Shown here piece after piece: positions 50,150 through 63,300 of a DNA stretch of 64,000 bases. The DNA is taken from NCBI GenBank assembly GCA_010356995.1, contig ML996706.1, positions 186,001 to 250,000 on the forward strand. Direction: 5' to 3'. The stretch is from Trichodelitschia bisporula. Its lineage: Eukaryota. How positions within the stretch are numbered: the stretch's first letter is position 1; each line of letters opens with the position of its first letter. Both the position numbers and the translations under genes were made by a program. The notes under the pieces are model-generated. The model made no database searches. It was not told the DNA's origin and saw only the letters and a list, made by a program, of their open reading frames with translations.

Positions 50150-51673
50150 GGTTGCCTCGTGGTGCTGCCGGCAGCGGGTATCGGATAAAATGTACAAGGA
50201 AAGGAGACGGTTGGGACCGGCCTTTAACGTTCGAATGGACAGAGGGAATGTATGGACAAAGGCCTTGAAGCTCGCAAGGCTGAGTTGAGGCGGGGGTATC
50301 TACAACGAGAGAGAGGACAACCAGGTCCCGCGTCTCTTTAGAGTCAAAGAAGAACAAAGAAGGGAAAGGGAACACACAGCACGACCAGGCGCCGTCTACA
50401 AAGAAAGATATCAGAGGGAGGGAGGGAGAGAGAGCGGCGGACGAAGCGTGCATCACAGAACAAAGCAGCGACGTAGCTGCATCTTATCTCCGCGCCTCGA
50501 AACACCCGCGCTGGGCGACGCATCCTACCCGCAGCGTAAAACAGCATCTGTACGGGGCGCAAAAGCTGCCCCACCTGGTGTGCGCGGCATCACGCCCGCC
50601 GGCGCATACTACAGGAACCTCACAGTGTCGCTGGCCAGGTGAGGTTGCGGCTCCCACGCGCGGCCAGGGGGCACCCCCCTCCGCGTCGCAGGCTGGCGCC
50701 GCGTCAGGGGCGCGTCCGCGGCGGCGCCATCGGTTGGGCGGGACGGGGCGCGGCGGTCGCGGCGTGCGTTTCACGGCGTGTTTAGGGTGTCGGGCCGGGT
50801 GGGGAGCTCGGGGCTTGAGATCTGGTGAGAGAAGCTTTCGTAGATTATTTTGCGTGGCACGGGAGAAATTGATCGGAGGACAGATCTTGTGCTGCTACTG
50901 CCATTGCAGCTCGTGATGATCGCATCTGACGATGGGATACATCCGTAACCTAAAATGTCTATCGCCTTTGTTCACGCCGCGCTTCGAGTCTTTCCTTCCT
51001 TTCTCCCTTTCTCCCTTTCTCCCGCGTTCCTCACTCTCCTTTGTCCCCCTCGCCCTCGCATCGCCAAACGCATCAAACCCCCCCCCCACCCCGCGGCGCC
51101 AACTGCCTCACCAGTCCCTCGGCTTGCCAAGCTCCCGCCCGGCGCACCCGCACCTCCCCCCAAGACCCTTCATCCATTGGCCCACAGCGCTTTGCACCCT
51201 TCTCCCTACCAATTCCACACTCTCCAGATCGAAAAAGCGTACAACTTTAGAATCATGTGACTTGTGATCCTCTCATTTCGGTCCTCCGGCCGCCGGAGCA
51301 CGAAGCGCGAGGCTGGACGGGCCGCGTCATTGGTCTGGAAGCAGATACATCGCGGTACTGACGCTCGGCATGGCGAGGCTGCGGCCCAATGGGTCGCGGT
51401 TGCTGGTGTGGGGAAAGAGGTACCTCCGGGCGCCTTGATGCTTGGACGAAGAACAACCCACCAGACACGACGAGCAAGTTTCAGGAACCCATTTGTCACT
51501 TTTTCGTTGTTGCTCAGAATCTAGGCTTGTCCTTCATCTACTCTAACAGCCGAATCAGATCATCAGATCCCTCCCCGCATCGCAGTGTCCATTGAAAAGA
51601 CAACAATCACAAATCCACCATCCCAAACGCCTCGTGTTCAACCTCTATTCCCCACATGTCGTTATCGTCGTCT

Positions 51674-52849
51674 TTACTTGCTCGTGTCCAGCACATACCG
51701 CCCCGCAATCTTCCCTGCCTTCATCAACTCAAACACCTTCGGCAGCTCTGACAGCCCAGCCACCTTGTAGGGCGCATTGATGAGGCCGCGCGCAAAGAAG
51801 TCAATCGCCTCGGCGCCGTCCCGGCGATTGCCCACATACGACCCCTTGATGTTGATCATCTTGGTGACGGTGGAGAAGACGTCGGCCTTGAGGCTTGCAT
51901 GTGCCGGGAGGCCGATGCACACGACGCTGCCACGGGCGCGAACATACTAAGCCCTCGTTAGCCTAGAGTAAAAGAAGCCAGAAAACAAGATACTCACATC
52001 CGCAGCCTGTTGGAACGGCTTTTCCGACACAGCAAGGAGAATAACCGCATGCGGACCCAGCCCATCCGGGCTCGCCTTCTTGACATCCTCCACCAGGTTG
52101 GAGCTCTTGCTGAAATCCACAAACGCTCGCGCTCCCAGCTCCTCGCACATCTTGCGCTTGTCATCACCCGCGTCTATCGCAAGCGTCTGCAGGCCCATCG
52201 CCTTCGCATACTGCAGCGCCAGACTGCCGAGGCCGCCACCGGCGCCCACAATGGCAACACACTGCCCGGGCTTCGCGCCCGACTCCTTCAAGCCCTTGTA
52301 GACAGTAATGCCGGCGCAGAGAATGGGAGCCACGGCGTCGAGGGGAACATCCTTCGGGATGATGGACACATGTGCCGCCTTCGCGACGCAGTATTGCTGG
52401 AAGGTGCCGTCGACAGTGTAACCCGAGAGCGACGCCTTTGCGCAAAGCTATAAAAGACACTCATATCAGAACCCCTTCTATCCATTACTGAAGTTAAGAA
52501 GACTCACCGGCTCATCTGACGCCTCGCAAAAGTCGCACGACAAACAGCTGCCGTTCAGCCACTTGACGCCGGCATGGTCGCCGAGTTTCACTCGCCCGTT
52601 CTGGCCCGCCATCTCGCCGAGAGCGACGACCACGCCCGCGCCCTCATGCCCGCCGACCAGTGGGAGCTTCACATCCAGAGGCCAGTCGCCCTGCCATGCG
52701 TGCAGATCCGTGTGGCACACGCCGGTGTACTTGATGTTCACGAGGACTTCATCGGGGCCCGGGGTGGGGACGGGGATTTGCTTGTATTCGAGGGGCCCGT
52801 TGTGGGACTCGAAGACTTGGGCCCATTGGGTTTTCGGGATGTCGGTCAT
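51674..52849 (-). CDS. ADH1: Zn-dependent alcohol dehydrogenase 1
   Basis: [48 protein letters not shown] and GRYVLDTSK. Introns at 52507-52448 and 51997-51947. Confidence 0.95.
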
Positions 52850-53792
52850 TGTGGAGGTAGAGGAATCGGTAGGTGTCTTGGTGTTGGTTGTGGTTGTTGT
52901 TGTTGCTGTTAGCAATTATATCTGCTTCCCGTCAGTGTCCGACCAGCGAATACTCCGCACTCCAAACGCACCTTCTCGATTGCTGTGATGATGCATCCAT
53001 GACGTCCCAAGGGACACCTTTTATACCCGCGTCCCACCCAGCACCTTCCCCTCGCACCTTCCCCGCCATCCACCCCCCTCCCGTCCCTTCCAAGGGCGGA
53101 AAACGACCCCATCACGCCAGATCACCGCACTATCTGCACCATCATCCCGGCCCAAACCCCGATAACCCACAATCCCATCACTATCCCGCCCACGTTCGGC
53201 CATCGTTATCCACTACCGTACGCTTAGGCCTACCGTAATGAGGAGAAACGGTACGGTATGTCGTTCGACCGCCGGTCTCGATCCATATCACCCCACCGAT
53301 CAGCGCGGCCCCACGCATTGGCGAACCACCCAGCGCCCGCAACGCCCACATGCTGGCGTCCTAACCGGACCGAGCAGCGCCTGGGCACGGATTGGCCGAG
53401 CGGGGGCGGGTTCGTAGCGCATTCTCAACGTGCGTTGGCGTGAGGGGTACGGTACGTTGGCGGGACGTTCAAGTTCGGAGGGCTCCGGGCTGATACGGTA
53501 GGTAGTTGTGGCTGGACCCGGGTGGCGCCTTCGCCGCGGAGCTCTCGGCGGGCTCGGCGCGGGCCGAACGGCGGGCTCGGCGACGAAAGGTCTAGATCAT
53601 CTTTAGCGGTAAATAATGCATCACGGCGCAAAGCGTAGCATGAAGCACGACTACAGATTATCCATTATGATATACTCGCTAGACCACGCCCGTTGCTCAG
53701 TGCGCATTCCACACAAGACACTCCGAAACACTCCAACGAAAGAGGGTATCGCACGGCCACCGTTCCAGCAAAAAATAAGCAACTCGCACAAC

Positions 53793-56586
53793 CTAATGGC
53801 TCTCCGCCATCAGCCGCGTCTTGTCCTCCCAGTACAGCTTCGACATGAAATCGTCATTAACAACCATCTTGTTCTTGGGGTCTAGCGTCGCTCCTTCATC
53901 TGACATCCACAGCCCCTTCACCTGCGACGTGCTGTCCGCCACCTCGCGCGCACTCACCCCGCCCTCATCGCGCGGCACCACGAGGCGCGGCGTGTCCGTC
54001 CACACCGAAGGGGGAAGGTACGCATCGCGGACAAGGCCCTCATCCACGTCATCCGACTCCGTAACGAGCGCAGGAACAAGGCGGCGCATCGTGGCGTAGT
54101 CGCAGTAGACATGGGGCTTGAGGAACTTGGCCACAATCCCAGGCTTCTTGCGCGGCGGCGGCTGGTCCTCAAGGGTTTCACCCGGCGCGTCGCTCTCCAA
54201 CAGCGCGGAACGCTCCTCATCCTCCAGCGTCTTGGGCAGGTAACGTAGCAGTGGCGTGATGGCTGAGTTGAGCCCGACGTTGTACAGCGCCGTGAAGATA
54301 ACAAGCAGGATCATCATCACAAACGGCCCGATGGTACCCTTCTTGTCCAGTCGCGTTGCGAACAGGCCCAGCAGGCAGATCTCGGCAATGTACATGCCGA
54401 CAAAGAGCTGCTGCAGCGCGCGCGGGTACACGAGCCCCCGCGTGTCGACTCCCGTCGAGTAGACGTAGAGCAGGTTGTAGCGGTAGGCAAAGTAAAAGAG
54501 GTACAGACCAATGGCAGCGAAGATGAGCACCAGCGGCGCAATGCACGCGTAGCACATGGCGATAACCAGCAAATTGGTGTACACGGGGTATACAGTACCC
54601 CAGCCTAGTCCGGAAAGCTGGTTCCACCGCATGAAGAGCTTGCGCGGCGTCGAGCCCAAGATCTTCGCGAGCAAGGGAGTGACGATCAGACCTGCAACTC
54701 CGACCAGCATACCCGCAAAGACACCGAGGCCCTGCAGGACAAAGTAGCTGAGATAGAAGTTGGAGGCCTTAGGAATCTGCTTCGAGAGCAACGACGTCAC
54801 ACTCGTCGGGTTTTTGATGATCTGCGAGACCGCCGACGAGGCGGCAGACGCAACTGTCGCAACCAAGAACACCTGGACGACTTGGAAGGCAAAGTAGTAG
54901 TTCTGCACCGTGTATTCAACGTCCGAGTGCGTGGGCGCGCCGCCTAGTCTCGCAGCAAGGCGCAAAATAATGGGTAGCAACGCCATCAGGACAGCCAGCA
55001 AAACAACTGGCAGGAGACCCGTGACCACACCCAAAATTGCAGTGGGGATTTTGTTGATGAAATCGAGCCAAGGCAGCTTGTCGGTGAGGTAGTTGATGTT
55101 TGAAATGGCGCCGACAAAGGCGACAGGAATGGACCAAAAGATGACGAGTCCTACGACGAAGGAAAGGGTCGCCACCTTGCGCAGCATACGCTCCCAACCG
55201 CGGATGCGCAGATTCGACCAGATGACGTCGAGAGGGTGGACACCGGTGAAGCGCGGCGCCATGGTGATAATCTGGTGGTGGGTCAAGCTCTGGAAAGCAG
55301 CTTGCGCCTCGCGAATGTTGATAAACTCGACGAACACGGCACGCAGCTTCCTGGCTTCTCCCCTCCGGTGCTTATCCTGCTCATGTTCGACTTCGGGAAT
55401 CATTTTGTTAAGCTCCGCGCGCGACCATTCAATGGTGTCGACCTTCTTGCCGATTAGAAACTTCAGGCGGTGCGTCGGACGGTCCTTAGGGCGGACCCAG
55501 CGCGCGGCTCCTTCGTGGGCAGCTTCAATTTCCCCACTGTTTATTCCATCGGTAGCAGCTTCGGCATGAGACTTGGGATGTGCTGTGGTCGCCTCATCGT
55601 GTACAGCACCACCCTCAGCTTTAAGGCGCGCGGCATTGGCCAGCCGGATCAGCTTTGTCTCAGCACCCTCAAGGCCGTAGGCGATTTTGTTGCGCTCCTT
55701 CACCAAGTCATCAAGCTCTTTGGTGTCGGTTGGGAACCAGACGCGCTTCACGTGGCTTCCGAGCATTTCGCGAAGCTTAGCCTCGTTGAGGTATTCGTCC
55801 GGCACTGCGGTGAAGAGCACGGTGCGTGACGAAAGCTTCCGCGCGTAGTTGGGAGACATGAGATACGCCTGGCGCAGGTTGATGTAGAAGACACTCTCGC
55901 GGGTAATCATGATCATGACGAAGCCTAGCTGGTTAACAATGCACATGCGTAGAGAGTCTGGTGCATACCGAAAAACAGCCATGCGCACCCAGCATGCGCA
56001 AAGTACTTCCAAGGGTTCACAACATTGCCGAAATTGAGCTTGTCCAGCTGTTGGTTCCCTCCTCCGCCAGTGATGTTGATGGGGAACAAAACGGGCCACG
56101 TGATGGCGCATCCAACGAGGCAAATGATAACAGAAATCCTGAGGAATCGCAGGAATAGATAGCCATCGAGGCTCTGGTGGTTCAAAACGAAGGTATCTGA
56201 GATGCTAAACAGCTGCGGAAGCCAATTGAACAGACCCGCCTTCAATGGTGGAGTGTAGTCCCTGCAGCAAGTCAGAGAATGCTCATGCGATGGAGATAGG
56301 TTTTCTCACGATTCCCTGAGCAGCTTGGACCGCGTCCTCGGTGCGTACTTCCACGACGCCTTAGGGCGGATGCAGATGAAGACAGCGAGCCAGATGATGG
56401 CGATAACGGCGACGGGGGTCAGCGTCGACAAAAGGCTCGACGCAGAATTGGACTTGGGCTGGTTGACAGCAGAGCCAATGTTGCTATCGTCTTTCTCATT
56501 CTGCTTGCGATTAGGACGAAGAGTCCGAAAGTGTGCGCCTGACGTACCACGCGCTTGATCAGCATCTTAGCCGCCCCATCGAGCAT
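53793..56586 (-). CDS. OSCA/TMEM63 (DUF221, Phm7/Rsn1/Csc1-like) calcium-permeable channel
   Basis: SLDGYLFLRFL, LFPINITGG, SSRTVLFTAVP, VIWSNL, YFAFQVVQVFLV, YRYNLLYVY and DTRGLVYPRAL. Three 5' introns. Confidence 0.93.
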
Positions 56587-58337
56587 GACGCTCGGAGTAA
56601 GAAGGGTCATTTTGTTCACGGTTCAATGCGCCGAACAAGGGAGTTTGCGGCAGCAGAAGCGCGAGCAGGCAATTGAGTCGCAGCCCGCAATCGATTGCGG
56701 GTGCTCTTGCGACGCGGCAATGTCTAGCACCGCCGGATATGTTCAAAGTATTCCAAGGGAAGGGGGGAGTGAATTGAACTGGGTGGGAAGGTGTTGGGTA
56801 GCTAGAAGTTGGAGCGAGGGAGCAGGTTACTGTAGGATATCTGAGCTTTGGGGTTGGGCTTTGGGGTTGGGCGGGGGGCGTGTTTGTTTAGGGCGATCAA
56901 AGCGCGATCAGGGAGGGCCAGGGCCTTGGCCCGTCATTTGCACTGACCAAGCCATGCCGTGGGTGCGACTCAAAGCAGCCATCCCCCTAGGCGCAACGAA
57001 TTCAATAGGCTACAACTTCGATCAATGACGCCACTGGAATCTGACGTTTGAGTCGATCGCTTTTATTTCTTGGAACCTTTGGTGAAGGGTAAGAAATACT
57101 TTATCCCATTCAGGTCGGATACGTACAGTTTTTCTCTATAACTTCACGTAGGCCCGAGCGCTCTTTCCACTCGCCCAGGTCGCGATGGAGTTCCTTTCTC
57201 TCCATTCTCCCGTTCTTCCTCTCTCTCTCTCACAGCAAACTAATTTCACTAGATGCTCCTACGGCGAGGGCCGTCGACTTTGACGCCCGCCGCTCCACAC
57301 GCCTAGCCTGCTCCATGGACCGCGCCACTGCCAGTCCACTGGAGGCTGGAACTAGTTGCGGCAAGCCGCCAGCCAACTTACAGGTAATTGGTCGGCAAGC
57401 TGCGTGCCATCTCCTCCATTCTCTAGCCCCGCCATTTCTTGCCCAGAAACTAGCCCAAACATATCGCGGAGCATCCTGCGATGTCCGCACTGCATCGACG
57501 AAGGAAAACCCTTCGCGTAACGCCAGACTGCGGCATTTTCCAAAATCATTGACAACAACTCATAGCCTTGATACTCGATAAGGGCTACGGGCAGTGCAAC
57601 AACAACTGCAAATTTGCACATGGATACATGTGCAAGCGTTGAGTGTTACCAAGCCTTTGTTCGCTTCAGCTTTGGGCAGGAGCCCAGGGGCCACCCGAAA
57701 AACTCATGGCCGCATCTCCGCGGTAACCTCTGCGAATTACTTGAGCAATGCCATTGGGGGGGCAGCCACGACTTTTCTAAGTGGCCTTTGGGCCGCGAGT
57801 CGAAATGGTTATGATCGGCTGAATGCAGTCAAGCCAGTGCCCTGAAAGAGCTAGCGTGCGGTCGTGGATCCACAGATTGCGTCTGTGGCTTGTACACCAG
57901 TCCCGCAGGTTGTTGATCGTGGCCCATGAGGCGCAGCATCCTCTATCTCTTCGCATAGCCACACTTTGACGTTCGCCTTCTTTGTTGCAGCGTCAAAACC
58001 TCCACCAACCTCTATCTCCACGGCGTCTCCGAAGTCTAGACCGCGGACCTGGGCCTTCTTCGCATCTTCGACGCACCTCCAAACATACCATGACTTCAGC
58101 TTGAGGGGGGAGGTGCAGATTGGATGCGACCTTACTCGACCATCGACTATGCATTGTGGCACACCATCACATGAACCGTTGCAGTGCCTTCCCGCCGGAT
58201 GCACAAGTCATTTGCGGATGACGGGCCAGTAACTGATTTTGCAGTACTATGGTGCAGCAGGTATCCAAACGGCTCTGCGCGCTCGACTCCCATCGCACCA
58301 GCCACCCATTGGTCGATCCTTGTCGCTTGGTTGCAAC

Positions 58338-60011
58338 TCACGCTCGCGGTGTAACCGCCTTCCATGGCTTCAGGGACTCGGCAAGTGGTTGAACAACTCC
58401 CGCATACACAGCCTCGCGAAATCTCTTGTCCAAGAGGTTTGGTCGAGGCTCAAATGCGCAGTCCAGACATCGCCTTACCACATCGTCAAGCTGAGCCCCG
58501 CATTCGCTAAGCACTCGCTTTGCCCAGGTTCGCGCCGTACATACATCTGTGTGATCATTGGGCTTATTGTCTGGCCCATAGTACCTGCCACGGAACTCGC
58601 AGGATTCGATGGTGTGGCCGAAGATCAGCTCGAGGGTGATGATACCGACGGCAAATAGCGCTGCCCGAGTGTCTTCTTCCGATGCTGTCACAGGCGGATC
58701 CGATTCTATCGTATCCACCCTTATGGAGGGGTATGTTTGGGGTAGATATGGGCAAACGCCAAAAGAACCCTCGGAATCTGTCTGGAAGAGGAAATCCTGT
58801 TTCGACCATTTCTGGGGAGCCCAAGGCGACATCTGGACCTGGAGAAGTGTGGATGCGATGTGGAAGGCCATCTCAAGTCGAAGATTTCTAGGTAAACGGA
58901 TGTGATTCCACCTGTGCGCTTCGAGGAGCTGTGAGAGAGCCACCAGTTCTGACGAAGTTTGCGCTGCTGTTGAATGTGGGTTGTGAGAGGTAAGGCGAAA
59001 CCTTCTGTCATCCTCATCTGAGATAACTCCCGGCTCGAAATTTAGCTGTCGGCCTCTGCGCAGGTATGAACAAAGGTCTTCGATCACGTCAATGCCTCCA
59101 TCACTGATGCTTTGAGCTGGGAGCGTAGGTGGGAGTTTTCCGGAAGAACGTCTAATTTCCGCCGTGGTCGTAGCGTGTTCTTTGACTGGACAGATGGCCA
59201 CCTCCTGTCTAGCATCGTCCACTACAAATAGCACGTTAACCTCAACGACTTCCGGGTCCCCTCGCAACCCGAGATTACTGCAGTGACCTCGACAACGTCC
59301 AAGTGAACATTTCCGGAACGCTAGGCGAAGGGCGTTGTGCAAGTTGCCTACATGCTGGCGGACTTTTTCAAACAACTCCACTGGAGGCGAAGTCTGCCTT
59401 GATTCCTCGATGAGGTTAATGCGCCTGCTGCAACCAAGGGTCTGCTTGAGGGTGCGGTTGTGCGAGTCGAGTTTGTTGACTTTCTTGTACTTTCCTTTCG
59501 AAAAGCTAATCCGGATGCGCGTCAGATGCCATGCCCAAGAGCGCTCGCTTTGCGAATCAATCCAATCCACCTAAGAGGTAATATCAGCTGGCAGCCCTTC
59601 GCACACGTAGAGTTAGACACTCACCTTATTATCCTTGATCTGCAAAAGCTTTTTAAGTTCTTCTACCAGGTCGTGCATCTTCTGGATGATCCTCAGGACC
59701 CTCTCATGTTCGCCAGCCAGATGGCGCTCGAGATGAGTTGTAAGACTGCCATCCGACCAGCGGGCGTCATTTGGGTTCTTTACCAAGTCCGCGAGACAAT
59801 CGTTGTCCTGAATGATGGGGTGTAGCATCTCCATCATGTTACTGTTGTACATCATTTCTTGATGTCGTATGCCGTCGGCGAACTCGATAAAACGTGTCCG
59901 GAAACGCCACCATTCTGACAGTGGCTCACAGCTTTTGCGATAGTAGTCGAGACAGTTGAGGATGATTGGGAACGCTCCCAGGACGAGGCCGGCAACTTCA
60001 ACTCCCGACAT
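58338..60011 (-). CDS. HeLo-like N-terminal domain + degenerate kinase-like C-terminal domain protein
   Basis: N-terminus MSGVEVAGLVLGAFPIILNCLDYY and intron 59624-59571. The C-terminus reads RLEMAFHIASTLLQ..SPW..WSKQDFLF, LFAVGIITLEL, VVRRCLDCAF and VYAGVVQPL. Confidence 0.75.
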
Positions 60012-60356
60012 TGAGAAGCTGAGGACATGCAGGCAGAGTGGGGACAGCACGTTGGGTTTCGAGCCGTGATAAAGAATCCATGCTGACTCGGAGATTAGAA
60101 GCAGAGGCCAATAGGAATCGACCACGGAGGGGCAGCGTTCAGCCTCATTGTCGAGTACCGTGCGGGGTATCTCCATCCCCGCATTCATCACATCAGCACC
60201 TTGACACCGTTTCATTGGCCGACTCATTCCCATTCAAGATTCGGCGACTGGGACTTGGGTCCACCTCAGAAGCTAACCACCTCAGCCCTACCGTACTGTA
60301 TCTCTCCCATCATTCATGACCTAGGACTCCTCATCTCTTGCGGGACGCAAGAATAC

Positions 60357-63300
60357 ATGTCCATTCAATCCTTCATGGAAGCCACAGGAGATGGTATTCC
60401 GGACTGGGCAGGAAAATGTCGTGAGGGTATCAGCGGCCTGCTCGCAGCCGTGATTAACCCTTCCTCGCCACGATATCCAATCTTGGAGGTCGAGGCAGTC
60501 CAAACAATACAGGAGCGATATGATCACTGGACCGGATATCTAGACGCTCTCAAGGATGCCGTGGATCCCTCTTCGCTTGACTACCGTCTTCGCGACACTC
60601 CGACAGTGAAGAGTGCCATTCTTGACATCCTCCTTGACTTGCACAAGTCCCTAGAAGCCGGTAGGCCGCCCAGCACAGAGGCAGGCTAGAAACTGATGGG
60701 GCTAGCAAATGATATTGTCCTTGGCGAAAGGGAATGCAGGGTTTGGAGCGGTCCGGTCGTGACTGAGAATGAAGACCTTGACGAGTTCGACATTTCCTCT
60801 ACCGAATCCGATACGTCCTCATTTCGCAGCCCAGGCCACGACGCGAACAGTTCAGCTCCCACTTCAGAGATCCAGGAGCTCATGTCAGCTATCAAAGTCA
60901 GTCTCGACAGCTTGTTCAAGATCACTCAGTTCATTCCCAATTCTACCTCCTGGGACCGACGCGCTCGAGCGGCGACGATAACGCCGTCCGACAGTACGGC
61001 AGATATCATTCTTGTTCAGGACCGTTTTCCTTCACTAGCAAAAGCCCATCCCGCGCTTGCCATTCGGATAGGTGAGGCAAACGCGAGGCGCCGACAATAC
61101 TTCAGGTACCGTCGAAGTCATCATGAGCGTTTGTCGGCAGATGAGCATACCCAGGATCAGGTATGGGACTCTGCTCCTCTCGAGCCGGCCATGTCAACAC
61201 TTTCCTCCGCTACATCCATAACTGAGGCTCCTAACGAAGAACTGGCATTTCCTCCGATACCTACAGACGCTGAATCTGGTACCCGTTTTCTTTGTCCCTT
61301 CTGCTTTGAGTACCAAGAGCCCCAACTGGGGGATTTGCAGAAGGCTTGGAGGTAAAGGTTTTGGGCGCTCCGTACGACGCTCGTAGAGCTAACTGAGTCT
61401 TAGAAAACACGTCCTTGACGATCTGGAGCCGTACATCTGTACATTTTCCCCGTGCACACTAGACACCTTCAACTCGCGGCGCGCCTGGTTTGAGCATGAA
61501 CTTTTGGCACATCGCCACCGGTGGCTTTGCCAACACTGCCTCACATACTTCACATCGCCCGACAACCTCGCAGTACACATATGCCTGGAACACCTTGACA
61601 CGGTACAGGGCTCGCAAGTCCAAGCCATAGTCGAACAGTCCAAGCGAAGAATCGAATTCATCCAACCAGCCGAATGTCCCTTTTGCGACGTCTCCTGGGC
61701 CGAAGCCGACCGGAACCGCAACGGGGACCCCAAGCCATCCATCGTTAGTTTGGACGAATTCGAGCGCCATGTGGGCCACCACATGCAGCAAATTGCCCTA
61801 TTTGCCCTCCAAAGCCCAGCCCAGCATGTCCACTCGATGAGCCCTCAGCGGATTTCAGATCTAGACTCCATTGAGGTGCCTCTGACACAGCAACAAAAGG
61901 CCCATCCAGATGACCCCTTGAAACGTTCGGAAAATCCCACGAATGCTGTTGATCTCGACTCCAGCCCCATACCTAGAGAGGAGATTGGGCAAGCTGCTGA
62001 TATGGATGTCTGGCCAGACCGGGACGACGAGGTTGAACCCCTCGGCTTCGGTGAGCCTCATTCTTGGCATTCTGCCCCGCTGTTGAGCTCAGCTCGAAGC
62101 CCCAAAGCCTCGCCTTTAACCTCCAGTTCCACTCCTGCATTTTCAAAAGTCCGCAATTTCTCGACTAGCATCATTATTCCCGAGATGCCAGCTGCAAAGC
62201 GGATCCGGACACGGGGCCGCTTCCGTGCCTCTTCCAGTCTTTCACGACCCTCCTCACCTGATGCTGGTGAGACCACCACGCCTGCCCCCACGAGCAGTGT
62301 CGGCCAGACCTCGGATTGGATGCTGAAAGAGAGCCTGACTCAGTCCAACACCAGACGCCAACTGAAGCGCGAGGAATATACAATAGGATGGATATGCGCC
62401 CTTTCGATCGAACTCGCGGCAGCCAAACAGATGCTAGACGAAGTGCATCAGAATCTCCCTTCAAATGAGGCCGATTCCAACACCTATGAGCTCGGCCGCA
62501 TCGGTGAACACAATGTCGTGATTGCGTGCCTACCCGTAGGCCAAATGGGAACGACTCCAGCAGCCTCAGTTGTTGCCCGAATGCAATCAACCTTCAGCTC
62601 GATTCGGTTCGGCCTGATGGTGGGCATTGGAGGTGGTGTGCCGAGCAGCAAAAATGATATTCGGCTGGGGGATGTTGTTGTGAGCCAACCATCCAATGGG
62701 CATGGCGGAGTAATTCAGTACGACTTTGGGAAAACAACACCAGACAAGTTTGAGCGGACTGGCTTCCTGAATTCACCTCCCATCGTCTTGCTGAATGCAG
62801 TAGCGAATATGAGGGCCAATTACGATCTGGGAGGGAAGATCTTGTGTCACCCTACGCAACTGTCCCGTCAACCTTTATTTGCACGGGAGAATGCCGGACC
62901 GGATGTTTTATACCGCGCTGACTACAACCACGAGCAACCCGGTACTAGTGATTGTAGTGAATGCAAGACGGACTTTATCAAACGGCGACAGCCACGTGGT
63001 AATGATTTTGTCATTCATTACGGCACCATAGCATCCGGAAACCAAGTTGTGCGAGATGCCACGACAAGGGACAGACTCAGCAAGGATTTTGGAGGCGTTC
63101 TTTGCTTTGAGATGGAGGCGGCGGGGCTTATGAACCATTTCCCCTGCCTTGTTGTGCGGGGCATCTGCGACTATGCCGACTCGCATAAGAACAAGAGCTG
63201 GCAACCGTATGCGGCAGTGACGGCAGCTGCATATGCGAAAGAGATCCTGTTGTCGATACCGGCAGCCGAAGTCGAGACAGGATCATCTGCGGTTGAGGTG

